In this document: positions 40,329 to 50,840 of the stretch, in pieces
Numbering within the stretch: position 1 is the first letter of the stretch
Layout of the letters: each line of letters begins with the position of its first letter
Source of the DNA: an uncultured Chloroflexia bacterium
GTDB taxonomy: Bacteria; Chloroflexota; UBA6077; JACCZL01
DNA length: 64,000 bases
Direction: 5' to 3'
NCBI GenBank assembly: GCA_963765765.1
Contig: CAVXYC010000030.1
Coordinates: forward strand, 1 to 64,000
Notes under the pieces: generated by a model
Database searches by the model: none
What the model was told of the DNA's origin: nothing
The model's input: the letters and a program-made list of their open reading frames with translations, nothing else
Position numbers and translations under genes: made by a program

Positions 40329-40928
40329 GTGAAGAGCAGTACTGAGCGCGATGCCCCGGTCAGCCGACTGAATCAGATACGTCAGGCCGCGCGTCAGCAC
40401 TTCGCTGCTCGCGGTTATGAAGCGGCTTCCATGCGAGACATCGCGGCGGAGACCGGGATCAACATCGCCACGCTGTACTTCTACTGCTCCACGAAGGAGC
40501 AGCTTCTGTTCGACGTGCTCCAGGAGGCGATGCTCGACCTGCTCAACGGGTTTCGGTCAACGCTGGAAACGGCCGGGCCTACCTGGACGGATAAGCTGAC
40601 CGCCGCCATCGAATTCCACGTTGGGTTCTGCGCTGAGCGGGCGTTCGGTACCACCATGAGCATGGCCGACCTCCACCGCCTCACGGACGAGCATCAAGCG
40701 GAGCATTTCGCCGCGCGTGATGAGTATGACCGGGAGCTTCGGGCGGTCCTCCAGGAGGGCATCGACGCCGGTGAATTCCGGCCGCTGGACGCCAAACTCG
40801 TGACGTTTGCCATCATCGGAATCGGCTTGAGCGCAGGCCGTTGGTATCGTCCCAACGGCCCGTTGACCCCAAAGGAGATTGCCGCTCAGTACGTCGACAT
40901 GATCCTGGGTGGGCTAACTCCCCGATAA
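40329..40928 (+). CDS. TetR-family regulator (KstR2-like)
   Basis: GYEAASMRDIAAETGINIATLYFY..KEQLL HTH; GIDAGEF, WYRPNGPL C-terminus. Confidence 0.88.
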   Translation: MKSSTERDAPVSRLNQIRQAARQHFAARGYEAASMRDIAAETGINIATLYFYCSTKEQLLFDVLQEAMLDLLNGFRSTLETAGPTWTDKLTAAIEFHVGFCAERAFGTTMSMADLHRLTDEHQAEHFAARDEYDRELRAVLQEGIDAGEFRPLDAKLVTFAIIGIGLSAGRWYRPNGPLTPKEIAAQYVDMILGGLTPR

Positions 40929-41113
40929 GGCGCCGACCGCGTGGAGGCAAGTGGCATGGTGTCAGGATCCCCACTGCTCGGGTAACTGTTCAGATTCGCG
41001 CCATCCATCGTTTAAATCCTTGCGCCATCCTCATCGGCGCGCAATACTGGCCTCATCACGGTTCGGAGCCTCAGGCGCTCGATAGTTAGAGCGCGGTCCC
41101 GTGGGGGTGACCC

Positions 41114-42865
41114 ATGCACGGCAACGATCTCCGTTTTGGACTCCATAAGTCCGCTCAGCTTGCGGCCGCGGCGCTTTTCGCCGCCGCGTGCAGTGCCCCG
41201 TCCGCGCCTCCCAGCGCGCCGACGGCCGTGCCGAAAAGTGAGGCGGCTCAACCTACCCAATCGGCGGTTGCGCCTGCCGTCGGGGCGGCAGGCGAATCGA
41301 AGCCTCAGCAGCAGACGCAACCCAGCACCAATCGCGTCGTTATCGCGCTTGCTCCGCCTGCCCGCGAATCCAACGATGTGAAGTTCACCGGCAATACCGA
41401 CCTCTGGGCGCTGCGCCCGATGTACGAGTTCCTCGTTGGAGTGGACCCGCAGACCGGGAAATACACCCCGCAACTCGCCACCGAGTGGCAATTTGACGAG
41501 GCGACATCCTCGGTGCGCTTCAAGCTCCGTCAGAGTGTGCAGTTCCATGGCGGCAACGGCGAGTTCACCGCGAAAGACGTTGTCTTCACCCGTGAGCAAA
41601 TGCGCACGGAGGATGTGATCAACGGCTGGCGCACCTTCTTTGACTCAGCAATTAAGGATATCGAGGTTGTGAACGATTACGAGGTGGTGTTTCACCTCTC
41701 GCGGTCGGACCCGAACCTGCTGAACATCATTTCCGAGGGTGAGAACGGCTTCGAGATCCGCAGTAAGGCCCATTTTGACAAGCTGGGCGCGCCCGCGATG
41801 GAGGGCCAGCCGCTGGCCGGTACGGGCCCCTACCAGTTCAAGGAGCGAGCTCAATCCCAGTACATCCGCTACGAACGAGTGCCGTATCAGCACTGGCGGA
41901 TCACACCGGATTTCCCCGAGCTTGAGTACCGATTCTCGCGTGAGGCGTCCACGCGCCTGGCCGCGCTCCAGGCAGGTGAGGTGCATCTCACGGTCCTTCC
42001 GGACGATCTGGTCGTCGATGCGGAGCGGAAGGGCTTCAAGACGCTCAGCAGCACGCTGCCCGGGTTGCGCACGTTCATGCGTTACTACTGCTGCGTTCTG
42101 AAGGACCCGAAGAATCCGGACGCTGGCTGGGAGTATCCAGACAGTCCACTCATGGACGTACGGGTACGCAAGGCGCTCAACAAAGCGATCAATCGCGATG
42201 AGATCAACAAGGCGTTCTTTGGTGGCAAGGCTGAGCTGATGATGCTGACGATGCATCACCCAACTCGCCAGGGATGGGACCCTTCCTGGGTGCAGCGTTG
42301 GCCAGAGGAGTACGGATACGACCCCGCCGCCGCGCGGGCATTGCTGGCGGAAGCGGGTTTCGGTGCCAACAAGCCGCTGACGACGAATCTGTTCGTCCAA
42401 ACGCTTCCGTCCATCGGCCCTGCCACCGATGTGCAGGAATCGGTGGGCGGCTTTTGGCGGGCCATTGGCGTGCAAGTGGAGCTGCTCTCCACCGACCCGA
42501 CGGAGATTAGCAACAACACCCGCCAGCGTAAGTACTCCAACCACATCCAGATGAATTCCACCAACTCCTCTATGTTCACGGGTTTGACCGGCTACTTCCT
42601 CACATGGGGTGGTCGGAATAACGGCTACGAGGATGTAGACGTGGACCGCTACACGCTTGACGCGGTTAGCACGTTCGATGAAGGGAAGCAGGAGGAGGCG
42701 TATCGCAAGGTTGGCGAGTCGATGTTCACCAAGCAGCCCGCGATACCCCTCTTCTGGCTGCCCGCCCTGTCAGTCGCCAATCCGAAGATTGTGTCGGAGT
42801 ACACCTACCCGGGTAATATCACCGGCACCTGGACGCACCAGTACACGATCAAGGCGGCGAAATAG
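41114..42865 (+). CDS. Family-5 ABC substrate-binding lipoprotein
   Basis: AAAC lipobox, GTGPY, DVRVRKALNKAINR. Confidence 0.88.
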   Translation: MHGNDLRFGLHKSAQLAAAALFAAACSAPSAPPSAPTAVPKSEAAQPTQSAVAPAVGAAGESKPQQQTQPSTNRVVIALAPPARESNDVKFTGNTDLWALRPMYEFLVGVDPQTGKYTPQLATEWQFDEATSSVRFKLRQSVQFHGGNGEFTAKDVVFTREQMRTEDVINGWRTFFDSAIKDIEVVNDYEVVFHLSRSDPNLLNIISEGENGFEIRSKAHFDKLGAPAMEGQPLAGTGPYQFKERAQSQYIRYERVPYQHWRITPDFPELEYRFSREASTRLAALQAGEVHLTVLPDDLVVDAERKGFKTLSSTLPGLRTFMRYYCCVLKDPKNPDAGWEYPDSPLMDVRVRKALNKAINRDEINKAFFGGKAELMMLTMHHPTRQGWDPSWVQRWPEEYGYDPAAARALLAEAGFGANKPLTTNLFVQTLPSIGPATDVQESVGGFWRAIGVQVELLSTDPTEISNNTRQRKYSNHIQMNSTNSSMFTGLTGYFLTWGGRNNGYEDVDVDRYTLDAVSTFDEGKQEEAYRKVGESMFTKQPAIPLFWLPALSVANPKIVSEYTYPGNITGTWTHQYTIKAAK

Positions 42866-42879
42866 CTCGCTTTTCCTCG

Positions 42880-42904
42880 GTGGGACAGGCGTCTCGCCTG
42901 TCCC
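42880..42904 (+). repeat. REP-like palindrome
   Basis: GTGGGACAGGCG-TCT-CGCCTGTCCC: GTGG start plus perfect stem, between convergent genes. Confidence 0.6.
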
Positions 42905-42957
42905 AGCCCCCTGGGACTTGCAAGCTGATTTGCAATTTCGCGGGGGTGAGCGACGGC

Positions 42958-43203
42958 TTAGCGTGAACGCCAGGCCATACGCATGTACACGTCCCTCTGG
43001 CGTAGCTCGTCCAGCATCTGTTGCAGTCGCTTCGCTCGAGTCTCCTCGCGCTTGGCACGCATGATCCAGCCGATGTAGTCGTTGCGCTGATATTCGGGGC
43101 GCGCATCGTAAGCACCCATGAGCTCATTCGCCATCAGAGCTTCGCGGACAAATTCTGGCATGGGATTGATCGAGCGAGTGAGGCGCGATGGTGTCTCGGG
43201 CAT
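42958..43203 (-). CDS. YdeI/OmpD-associated family small protein
   Basis: YDARPEYQRNDYIGWIMRAKREETRAKRL. Confidence 0.75.
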   Translation of the reverse strand: MPETPSRLTRSINPMPEFVREALMANELMGAYDARPEYQRNDYIGWIMRAKREETRAKRLQQMLDELRQRDVYMRMAWRSR

Positions 43204-43243
43204 GATCTGAAATCATAACGCTCGCTGACCTCAGCCCCTGGGT

Positions 43244-43357
43244 CCGCCGACATCGTGTCGACCCGGCCCACGAGGGCCGCTCGAGACGACTCCGACGCTA
43301 GACGTCTTGGTGTGCGTGAGGCGGCCCTCGTGGGCCGGGTCGACACGATGTCGGCGG
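43244..43357. repeat. Perfect 37-bp inverted repeat pair (REPIN-like)
   Basis: 43244-43280 is the exact reverse complement of 43321-43357; 40-bp spacer. Confidence 0.85.
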
Positions 43358-43479
43358 TCCCGGTCACTGATTTCACCGCAGTTTTGGTCTGGTCAAACTG
43401 GCGGCCAGCGGGTGCGGAGACCCGCGCACAGGGTTGAGTCCGCGCTCGCCTGCTGCTCAGCGGTACACTCAGCCTTGAT

Positions 43480-44694
43480 ATGAGTGTTCCTTCACCCTCC
43501 GGAAGCGCGGAGACCGAGGCCGGCTCCGCCACCCGCACTCGCACACTGGGCGTCGCGCTCCTTGCCGGATCGCACGCGATCAATGACTCCTATGCGTTTG
43601 TGCTGCCGGCTCTGCTGCCGGTGCTCTTGCCCGGCCTCGGCATAAGTCTCAGCCTGGCCGGTGTGCTGGTGATGATCCAGCAGATTACATCGTCATTTGT
43701 CCAGCCGCTTCTGGGTCACGCGGCAGACCGCGCCCATGGCGGGCGCTGGATGTCCTGGACTGGAGTTCTTCTCTGCGGCCTCTCCGCCTCGGCATTGGGC
43801 CTGGTATCAGGGTTCCCCATCCTGGCGCTTCTGATGTTCCTCAACGGATTGGGCACCGCGTTATGGCATCCGGTCAGTGCGGGGCTCGTATCGGTATCCG
43901 CGCCGCCGGATCGGCGTGGCCTCTGGATGAGCGTGTATATCAGCGCAGGCAATTTTGGCCTTGGGCTTGGTCCGCTGATGGTGGGATTGGTCGTAAGCCA
44001 GACGGGCCTCGGCGGTACCTGGATTCTCGCCATCCCCGCGCTGATCTGTGGAGCGCTGGTCTGGAAATTTGCCCCGGTAAGGCCTGCATCAGTTCGGCCA
44101 ACGCAGGATTCGCTCTGGACAATTCTGAAGCGCCACCGAAGAATACTCGGCGGGCTCATCGCGGTTGTCACAACGCGCTCCTGGGCCGTCACCGCGTTCC
44201 AGACATTTCTCCCGCTCTATGCTGCGGGGAAAGGCGCCAATTCGTTGGAGGCGGCTCAAACCCTCACCGTCTATCTCGTTGCTGGCGCTGTCGGGGGACT
44301 TGTGGGCGGCTCAATTGCTGATCGACTCGGTCGAGATCGTGTGATCATTGGCAGCATGCTCTTGAGTGCGCCGTTTTCGTTGGCGCTGGCCTTTCAGAAT
44401 GAAGTGGGTCCAACGTTCTGGATATGCGCGGCGATGAGTGGCTTCCTACTCAATGGCTCGTTCGTGGTGCTCACGGTACGCGGCCAGGAGAGCATCCCCG
44501 GGAGCGTAAGCATGATGAGCGGTATGATGCTCGGACTCTCCATCGGCCTGGGTGCGATCATCGTGACGCCGATGGCCGCGGCGGCGGAGCAGGTGGGACT
44601 TGCGCCAATGATCGTTTTCTCGGCTTTGCTCGCACCCATCGGCGCGGCGTTGATGACGTTGGTTCCCAAGGCGCCGAGCCAGAACAGCGCATAA
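43480..44694 (+). CDS. MFS transporter (Fsr-like)
   Basis: HAINDSY, QPLLGHAADR, GTALWHP, GNFGLGLGP. Confidence 0.85.
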   Translation: MSVPSPSGSAETEAGSATRTRTLGVALLAGSHAINDSYAFVLPALLPVLLPGLGISLSLAGVLVMIQQITSSFVQPLLGHAADRAHGGRWMSWTGVLLCGLSASALGLVSGFPILALLMFLNGLGTALWHPVSAGLVSVSAPPDRRGLWMSVYISAGNFGLGLGPLMVGLVVSQTGLGGTWILAIPALICGALVWKFAPVRPASVRPTQDSLWTILKRHRRILGGLIAVVTTRSWAVTAFQTFLPLYAAGKGANSLEAAQTLTVYLVAGAVGGLVGGSIADRLGRDRVIIGSMLLSAPFSLALAFQNEVGPTFWICAAMSGFLLNGSFVVLTVRGQESIPGSVSMMSGMMLGLSIGLGAIIVTPMAAAAEQVGLAPMIVFSALLAPIGAALMTLVPKAPSQNSA

Positions 44695-44753
44695 TTTCAG
44701 ACGATGAGGTGGGGATCCTCCCCGCCTATACTGGGGCTTGAAAGGAAATCCTG

Positions 44754-46072
<1,319 letters not shown>

Positions 46073-46099
46073 TTATCGCGCGTTCGAGGGTTGATCTGA

Positions 46100-46417
46100 A
46101 TGAGTGCTACGTTCGTACCCGTGGCTGAGCTCGATGAGCTCACGGAATTGAACATGAAGGTCGTCAAGGTGGGGGGGCGAGATGTCATCGTCACGCTCGT
46201 AGACGGCAAGCCGATTGCTTTTGAGCGAAGCTGTCCTCATGAAGGTGGGCTTCTGGAGCAAGGGGTTATCTACAAGGGCTCCGTCTATTGTGACGACCAC
46301 GGCTGGGCGTTTGACGTGGAGACTGGTACGTGTACGCAGCCGAAGGGGGGACCAACGATGGCCGTCTTCCCCATCGAGGAGCACGATGGCAAATGGTGCG
46401 TGCGGGTGGACGGCTAA
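46100..46417 (+). CDS. Rieske [2Fe-2S] ferredoxin
   Basis: CPHE...CDDHGWAFDVETG. Confidence 0.85.
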   Translation: MSATFVPVAELDELTELNMKVVKVGGRDVIVTLVDGKPIAFERSCPHEGGLLEQGVIYKGSVYCDDHGWAFDVETGTCTQPKGGPTMAVFPIEEHDGKWCVRVDG

Positions 46418-46649
46418 CACTCAGCGCGAAAGCTGCCCTGAGGGCGCGACACACCGCGCTCGTCTTCGCTCCAGGATCTGACGCAGTGACCCTTACGGGC
46501 GTTAGCTAGATCGCTCCACTCCTCGAGATCGCCTGAGGGAGGTCTCGGCGCCGTAAAGGGACGCGCCGTCCGTCACTTTGGCCCTCCTGGACCAGCATTG
46601 ATGTCACTATCATGCGGTGACCAGTTAGGATCGACAGGGGGTTGCTGAC

Positions 46650-47567
46650 ATGAAGATCGTACTCTATGACGACTATCGAGTGGGACTGTTGCGCAACGAT
46701 GAGGTGGTGGACGTCAATGATGTGGTGAAGCCCGTCGCTGGACCGACGCCACAGCTCACCGTTGAAGGACTCATCACGAACTTCATGACCGTACGGTCCG
46801 ATCTGCTGGCTCGGCTCGAGAGTGGAAGCGGTGTTCCATTGTCTTCAGTGAAATTGCGGCCGCCAGTCCCGAAGCCTGGCAAGATCGTCGCCATGGGCGG
46901 GAACTTTGGTGAGGGCGTTGGCAAGAAGGGCGAGATGTGGGGATTCCTCAAGTCACCGGATGGGGTGATAGGCGACGGCGATATCGTGACGCTGCCTCCG
47001 CACGACGCAAACATATTTCATCACGAGGCGGAGCTCGTTGCGGTCATCGGCCACACGGTCAAGAACGTCAAGCGGGACGATGCGCTCAAGGCGATCTTTG
47101 GCTACACCTGTGGTGTGGACGTGTCAGGCAGATTCCCGCCGAGCGCCAGGCAGCAGTTCGCGAAGTCGTTCGATACGTTTGCGCCGATCGGACCTTGCAT
47201 TGCCACCTGGGATGAGGTTCCCGATCCGCATGCTTTGCAGGTGCGGCTCTGGGTGGACGGCCAGCCGCGGCATGATTACCCGATGAACGACATCGCCCAC
47301 TCCATCGAAGAGAGCATCGAATGGATGACGGGTATCCTGACGCTCCATCCGGGCGACCTCTTCTTCCTGGGCACCAACCACCAGGGGATCGGGCCGCTCC
47401 AGGACGGCGAGCACGCCGAGATCGAGATCAGCCAAATCGGCCGCTTCGGGTTCAACGTCTCCGATCCGCTCAAGCGCCGTTGGCCCGTGGGTGTGGACCA
47501 GGATTCCGCGGATGACGTGCGCCTTGGAAAGGGCGGGCCTGGCATGCGAGCGCGGCCGCTGGGGTAA
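46650..47567 (+). CDS. Fumarylacetoacetate hydrolase family protein
   Basis: HHEAEL, GYTCGVDVS, KSFDTFAPIGP, LHPGD. Confidence 0.88.
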   Translation: MKIVLYDDYRVGLLRNDEVVDVNDVVKPVAGPTPQLTVEGLITNFMTVRSDLLARLESGSGVPLSSVKLRPPVPKPGKIVAMGGNFGEGVGKKGEMWGFLKSPDGVIGDGDIVTLPPHDANIFHHEAELVAVIGHTVKNVKRDDALKAIFGYTCGVDVSGRFPPSARQQFAKSFDTFAPIGPCIATWDEVPDPHALQVRLWVDGQPRHDYPMNDIAHSIEESIEWMTGILTLHPGDLFFLGTNHQGIGPLQDGEHAEIEISQIGRFGFNVSDPLKRRWPVGVDQDSADDVRLGKGGPGMRARPLG

Positions 47568-47600
47568 GGCGCCGAGCCGGTACGCTCGAGAAGATAGCTC

Positions 47601-49099
47601 ATGAAGCTGCTCAGCGGCTCGCCAAGCGTGGCGCTGATCTCACTGACCATACTGCTGGTCCATCTCGCGGCGAATCACCAGTACGGCTTCCATCGCGACG
47701 AGCTCGGGTTTCTGGATGATGGCCGCTTCCTCGACTGGGGCTACGTCTCATATCCACCGGTCACGCCGTTCTTAGCCCGCGTTACCACCGAGCTGCTGGG
47801 CACATCGCCGACCGCGCTTCGGGCTCTTCCGTCACTGGCCCAGGCGACGGCGGTGCTTCTCTCAGGGTTGATCGCCCTCGAGCTTGGCGGTGGTCTCAGG
47901 GCTCAGGCGATAGCTGCATCGGCGGTAGCGATCGCGCCATTTTCGGTACTCATGGGCGGGCTGTTTCTCTACGTCTCGTTTGAGTACCTCCTCTGGGTTG
48001 CCATTGCGTACTCCGTTGTTCGCCTGCTCAAGTCAGAAAATGAGGTCTGGTGGGTACCAATTGGCGTGCTGTTTGGCCTCGGCATGATGACCAAGTACAG
48101 CATTGCCGTGTGCGCGCTTGGGCTGGCAGTCGGTCTTCTTCTCACCCGGCTCGGCGTCTGCTGCGATCAGGCTGGCTGCTCGTCGGAGCGCTGATTGCGC
48201 TCGTGATCGTTACGCCGAACCTCATCTGGCAGGCGCAACACGGGTTCGTGTCGCTCGAGTTCTTGCGCAGCATTCACGATCGTGATGTGCGCATCGGACG
48301 CACGCAATCGTACCTGTCGGATCAGCTCTTCGTCGGCGCCAGTGTGGTCACGCTGCCACTCTGGCTCGGTGGGCTCTGGTTCTACCTTCGTTCGGCATCG
48401 GGCGCACCGTTTCGAACGCTGGGCTGGATGTACGTCGTTCCGTTCGTCGTGTTTCTGGTGTCACAGGGCCGCGGGTATTACCTGGCTCCGGCCTACCCGA
48501 TGCTCCTGGCGGCAGGTGCCGTGGTGTTGGACGACGTAATTGCTCGAAGATCGAGAAACATGAGGCGTCTGGCTACCATCGGTGTTGGACTGCTGATGGC
48601 CGTTGGTGGGCTGGTGAGCGCCGCTCTGATGCTCCCGATCGCTCCGGTGGGCTCGTCACTGTGGGAGATCTCGTCGAAGGTCCACGACAACTTTGCTGAG
48701 CAGATTGGCTGGGAGGAGCTGACCCAGATCACTGCCGACGTGTACTTCTCGATACCCGAAACAGAACGGCCGGCCACCGCGATACTCGCTGCCAATTACG
48801 GCGAAGTGGGAGCGCTGAATCTGTACGGCCCGAGCCGTGGATTGCCTGCTCCACTGAGCGGCGTCAACACGTCCTGGTACCGCGGGCTGGGCACTCCCGA
48901 GCCGGCGCGGCTCATCTTGTTGGGATACCGACGGGAAGCCGCACTTACCTTCTTCGAACAGTGCGAGCTCGCGGCCCTTGTCTCTTTCGCATCCGGAATC
49001 AAGAACGAGGAGAGCCGTGACCACCCCGAGATATTCCTGTGTCAGGGTCTTCGTCAACCGTGGCCCGAGACCTGGGCTGCGCTGCGTCATTTCGGCTGA
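47601..49099 (+). CDS. Glycosyltransferase family 39 (PMT/ArnT-like) membrane protein, frameshift near 48145
   Basis: YGFHRDE, LDWGYV..PP, GMMTKY, PNLIWQ, NYGEVGAL. Confidence 0.8.
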
Positions 49100-49222
49100 C
49101 GAATCCAGGAAGGCCGACGCGCAGTCGCCCGAGCCGTCAGGAGAGCCACCGAAGTGATTCCCAGTCTGTCTAACGACTCCTCACCCCGCCGCGGCGCGCT
49201 GGGTCGGAAACAAGTACTCCGG

Positions 49223-49390
49223 TGCATGTAGTGAGCGCTTCAGCGCTTTTTCGCGGATGGCAGAAAGCGAGCGGAGCGATGCGGATTTCGGCAGAGGAGA
49301 TTAACCGGTAGCCTCCCAGTGATCGAAGTCCGCATCGCTTCGCTCGCTCACGGATTCCATGAAAAAGCGCTGAAGCGCTCACTACATGCA
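49223..49390. repeat. REPIN-like nested inverted repeat
   Basis: Perfect 30-bp IR 49223-49252/49361-49390 (GTAG plus AGCGCT-TC-AGCGCT) enclosing a 25-bp IR 49266-49290/49324-49348 (23/25). Confidence 0.85.
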
Positions 49391-49467
49391 GCGGGAGTCA
49401 GAGCCTGCTTAGCGGACTGACAGGATGCCGGCGATCCCGGACACTCGCGAACGTCCATAGGATTTAC

Positions 49468-49496
49468 TTGACGACTGGACCCATTGCCAGTAGCCT
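49468..49496 (+). promoter_or_regulatory. Putative sigma70 promoter for the Rieske oxygenase gene
   Basis: TTGACG-17bp-TAGCCT upstream of TTG 49531. Confidence 0.45.
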
Positions 49497-49530
49497 GCTT
49501 TCAACTCGGCGGTGGGAGAGGAACTGGGTC

Positions 49531-50823
49531 TTGCTAAGCGAGAAAGAGAATGAGCAGCTAACCGGCGTCGGGCCCGGTACACCGGGAGGCGAGCTGCTGC
49601 GACGCTACTGGCATCCCGTTGCGGCAAGTGTGGAGCTCGACGAGAGCCCCTTCCGCACCAAGGAGCTCATGATCCTCGGCGAAGAGCTGGTGCTCTACCG
49701 AGATCGGAGCGGCACCCTTGGACTCCTGGATCGCTATTGCACTCATCGGCGGGTCAATCTCGCCATAGGCGTGGTTGAGAATGATGGCATCCGATGCCAG
49801 TATCACGGTTGGAAGTTCAACGAGACGGGTGCGTGTATCGAGCAGCCATTCGAGGACACGGTTCACCCCGAGGCCCTCTTTCGGCAGAAGTGCGGCATCA
49901 AGAGCTATCCGGTACGAGAGCTCGCCGGGCTTATCTTCGCCTACATGGGGCCGCTCCCCGCGCCGGAGCTGCCACAGTGGGAGCCGCTTACCTGGACGAA
50001 CGCCGTTCGCGATATCGCGGTGACGGAGCTGCCGTGCAACTGGTTGCAGTGCCAGGAGAACTCCGTGGATCCCATTCACAATGAGTGGCTCCACAACTAC
50101 TTCGGCAACTACGTAGCCACTATGCGCAAGGAGCAGAGCTTCGCGTATATCGGCACTGCCGGGCGCCCTACCAGGAAGATCGCGTTCGATCAGTTTGAGT
50201 ATGGAATCATCAAGCGCCGCATGGTGGAAGGCGATACCGGTGAGGAAGAGGACTGGAAGGTCGGTCACCCCATCCTTTTCCCCAACGTGCTGCTCACGGG
50301 CAACCAATTTGGTTACACGATGCAGTTTCGCGTGCCTATCGACGATGAGCGGACGTATCACGTCTCGCAGTACATTTTTCCCGCGGCACCGGGGCAGGAA
50401 GCACCAGAGCAGGAGAGTGTGCCGTGTCGCGTGGTGCCGCTACGAGAAGACGAGAAGAACTGGATCTTGAACTACACCTTTAACCAGGACTACATGGCCT
50501 GGTTCACTCAGGGCGCCATTGCCAAGCGGCATCTGGAAAAGCTGGGAGAATCGGATCGAGGCGTGATCCTGTTCCGGTTCATGCTCCAGCAGCAGATGGA
50601 GCGCGTGCGCGAGGGTGAGGATCCAATCAATGTATTCCGCGACGCGCACAAGGCCTCGTTTCTGAGCTTCCCCATGGAGAAGGTAAAGCACGGTCGCACG
50701 CGTCGACCGACCTATCGGCCCGGTGAGGCCGGGTACAGCCGAGATGCGGAGCTCATCGAGGCAACGTTGGCCACCTGGGACGCCATTCCCGAGCATCGCC
50801 GCGAGCCGGTGGGCGCTCGCTGA
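49531..50823 (+). CDS. Rieske non-heme iron oxygenase alpha subunit
   Basis: MLSEKENEQLTGVGPGTPGG; CTHR...CQYHGW; ENSVDPIHNEWLH. Confidence 0.88.
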   Translation: MLSEKENEQLTGVGPGTPGGELLRRYWHPVAASVELDESPFRTKELMILGEELVLYRDRSGTLGLLDRYCTHRRVNLAIGVVENDGIRCQYHGWKFNETGACIEQPFEDTVHPEALFRQKCGIKSYPVRELAGLIFAYMGPLPAPELPQWEPLTWTNAVRDIAVTELPCNWLQCQENSVDPIHNEWLHNYFGNYVATMRKEQSFAYIGTAGRPTRKIAFDQFEYGIIKRRMVEGDTGEEEDWKVGHPILFPNVLLTGNQFGYTMQFRVPIDDERTYHVSQYIFPAAPGQEAPEQESVPCRVVPLREDEKNWILNYTFNQDYMAWFTQGAIAKRHLEKLGESDRGVILFRFMLQQQMERVREGEDPINVFRDAHKASFLSFPMEKVKHGRTRRPTYRPGEAGYSRDAELIEATLATWDAIPEHRREPVGAR

Positions 50824-50840
50824 ACACGGGAGGATTGTTG

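Noticed and set aside
12384-42544. Long antisense ORFs (e.g. 12384..13508, 31998..32849, 36881..37981, 41645..42544)
   Set aside because: Shadows of high-GC sense genes with no recognisable motifs.
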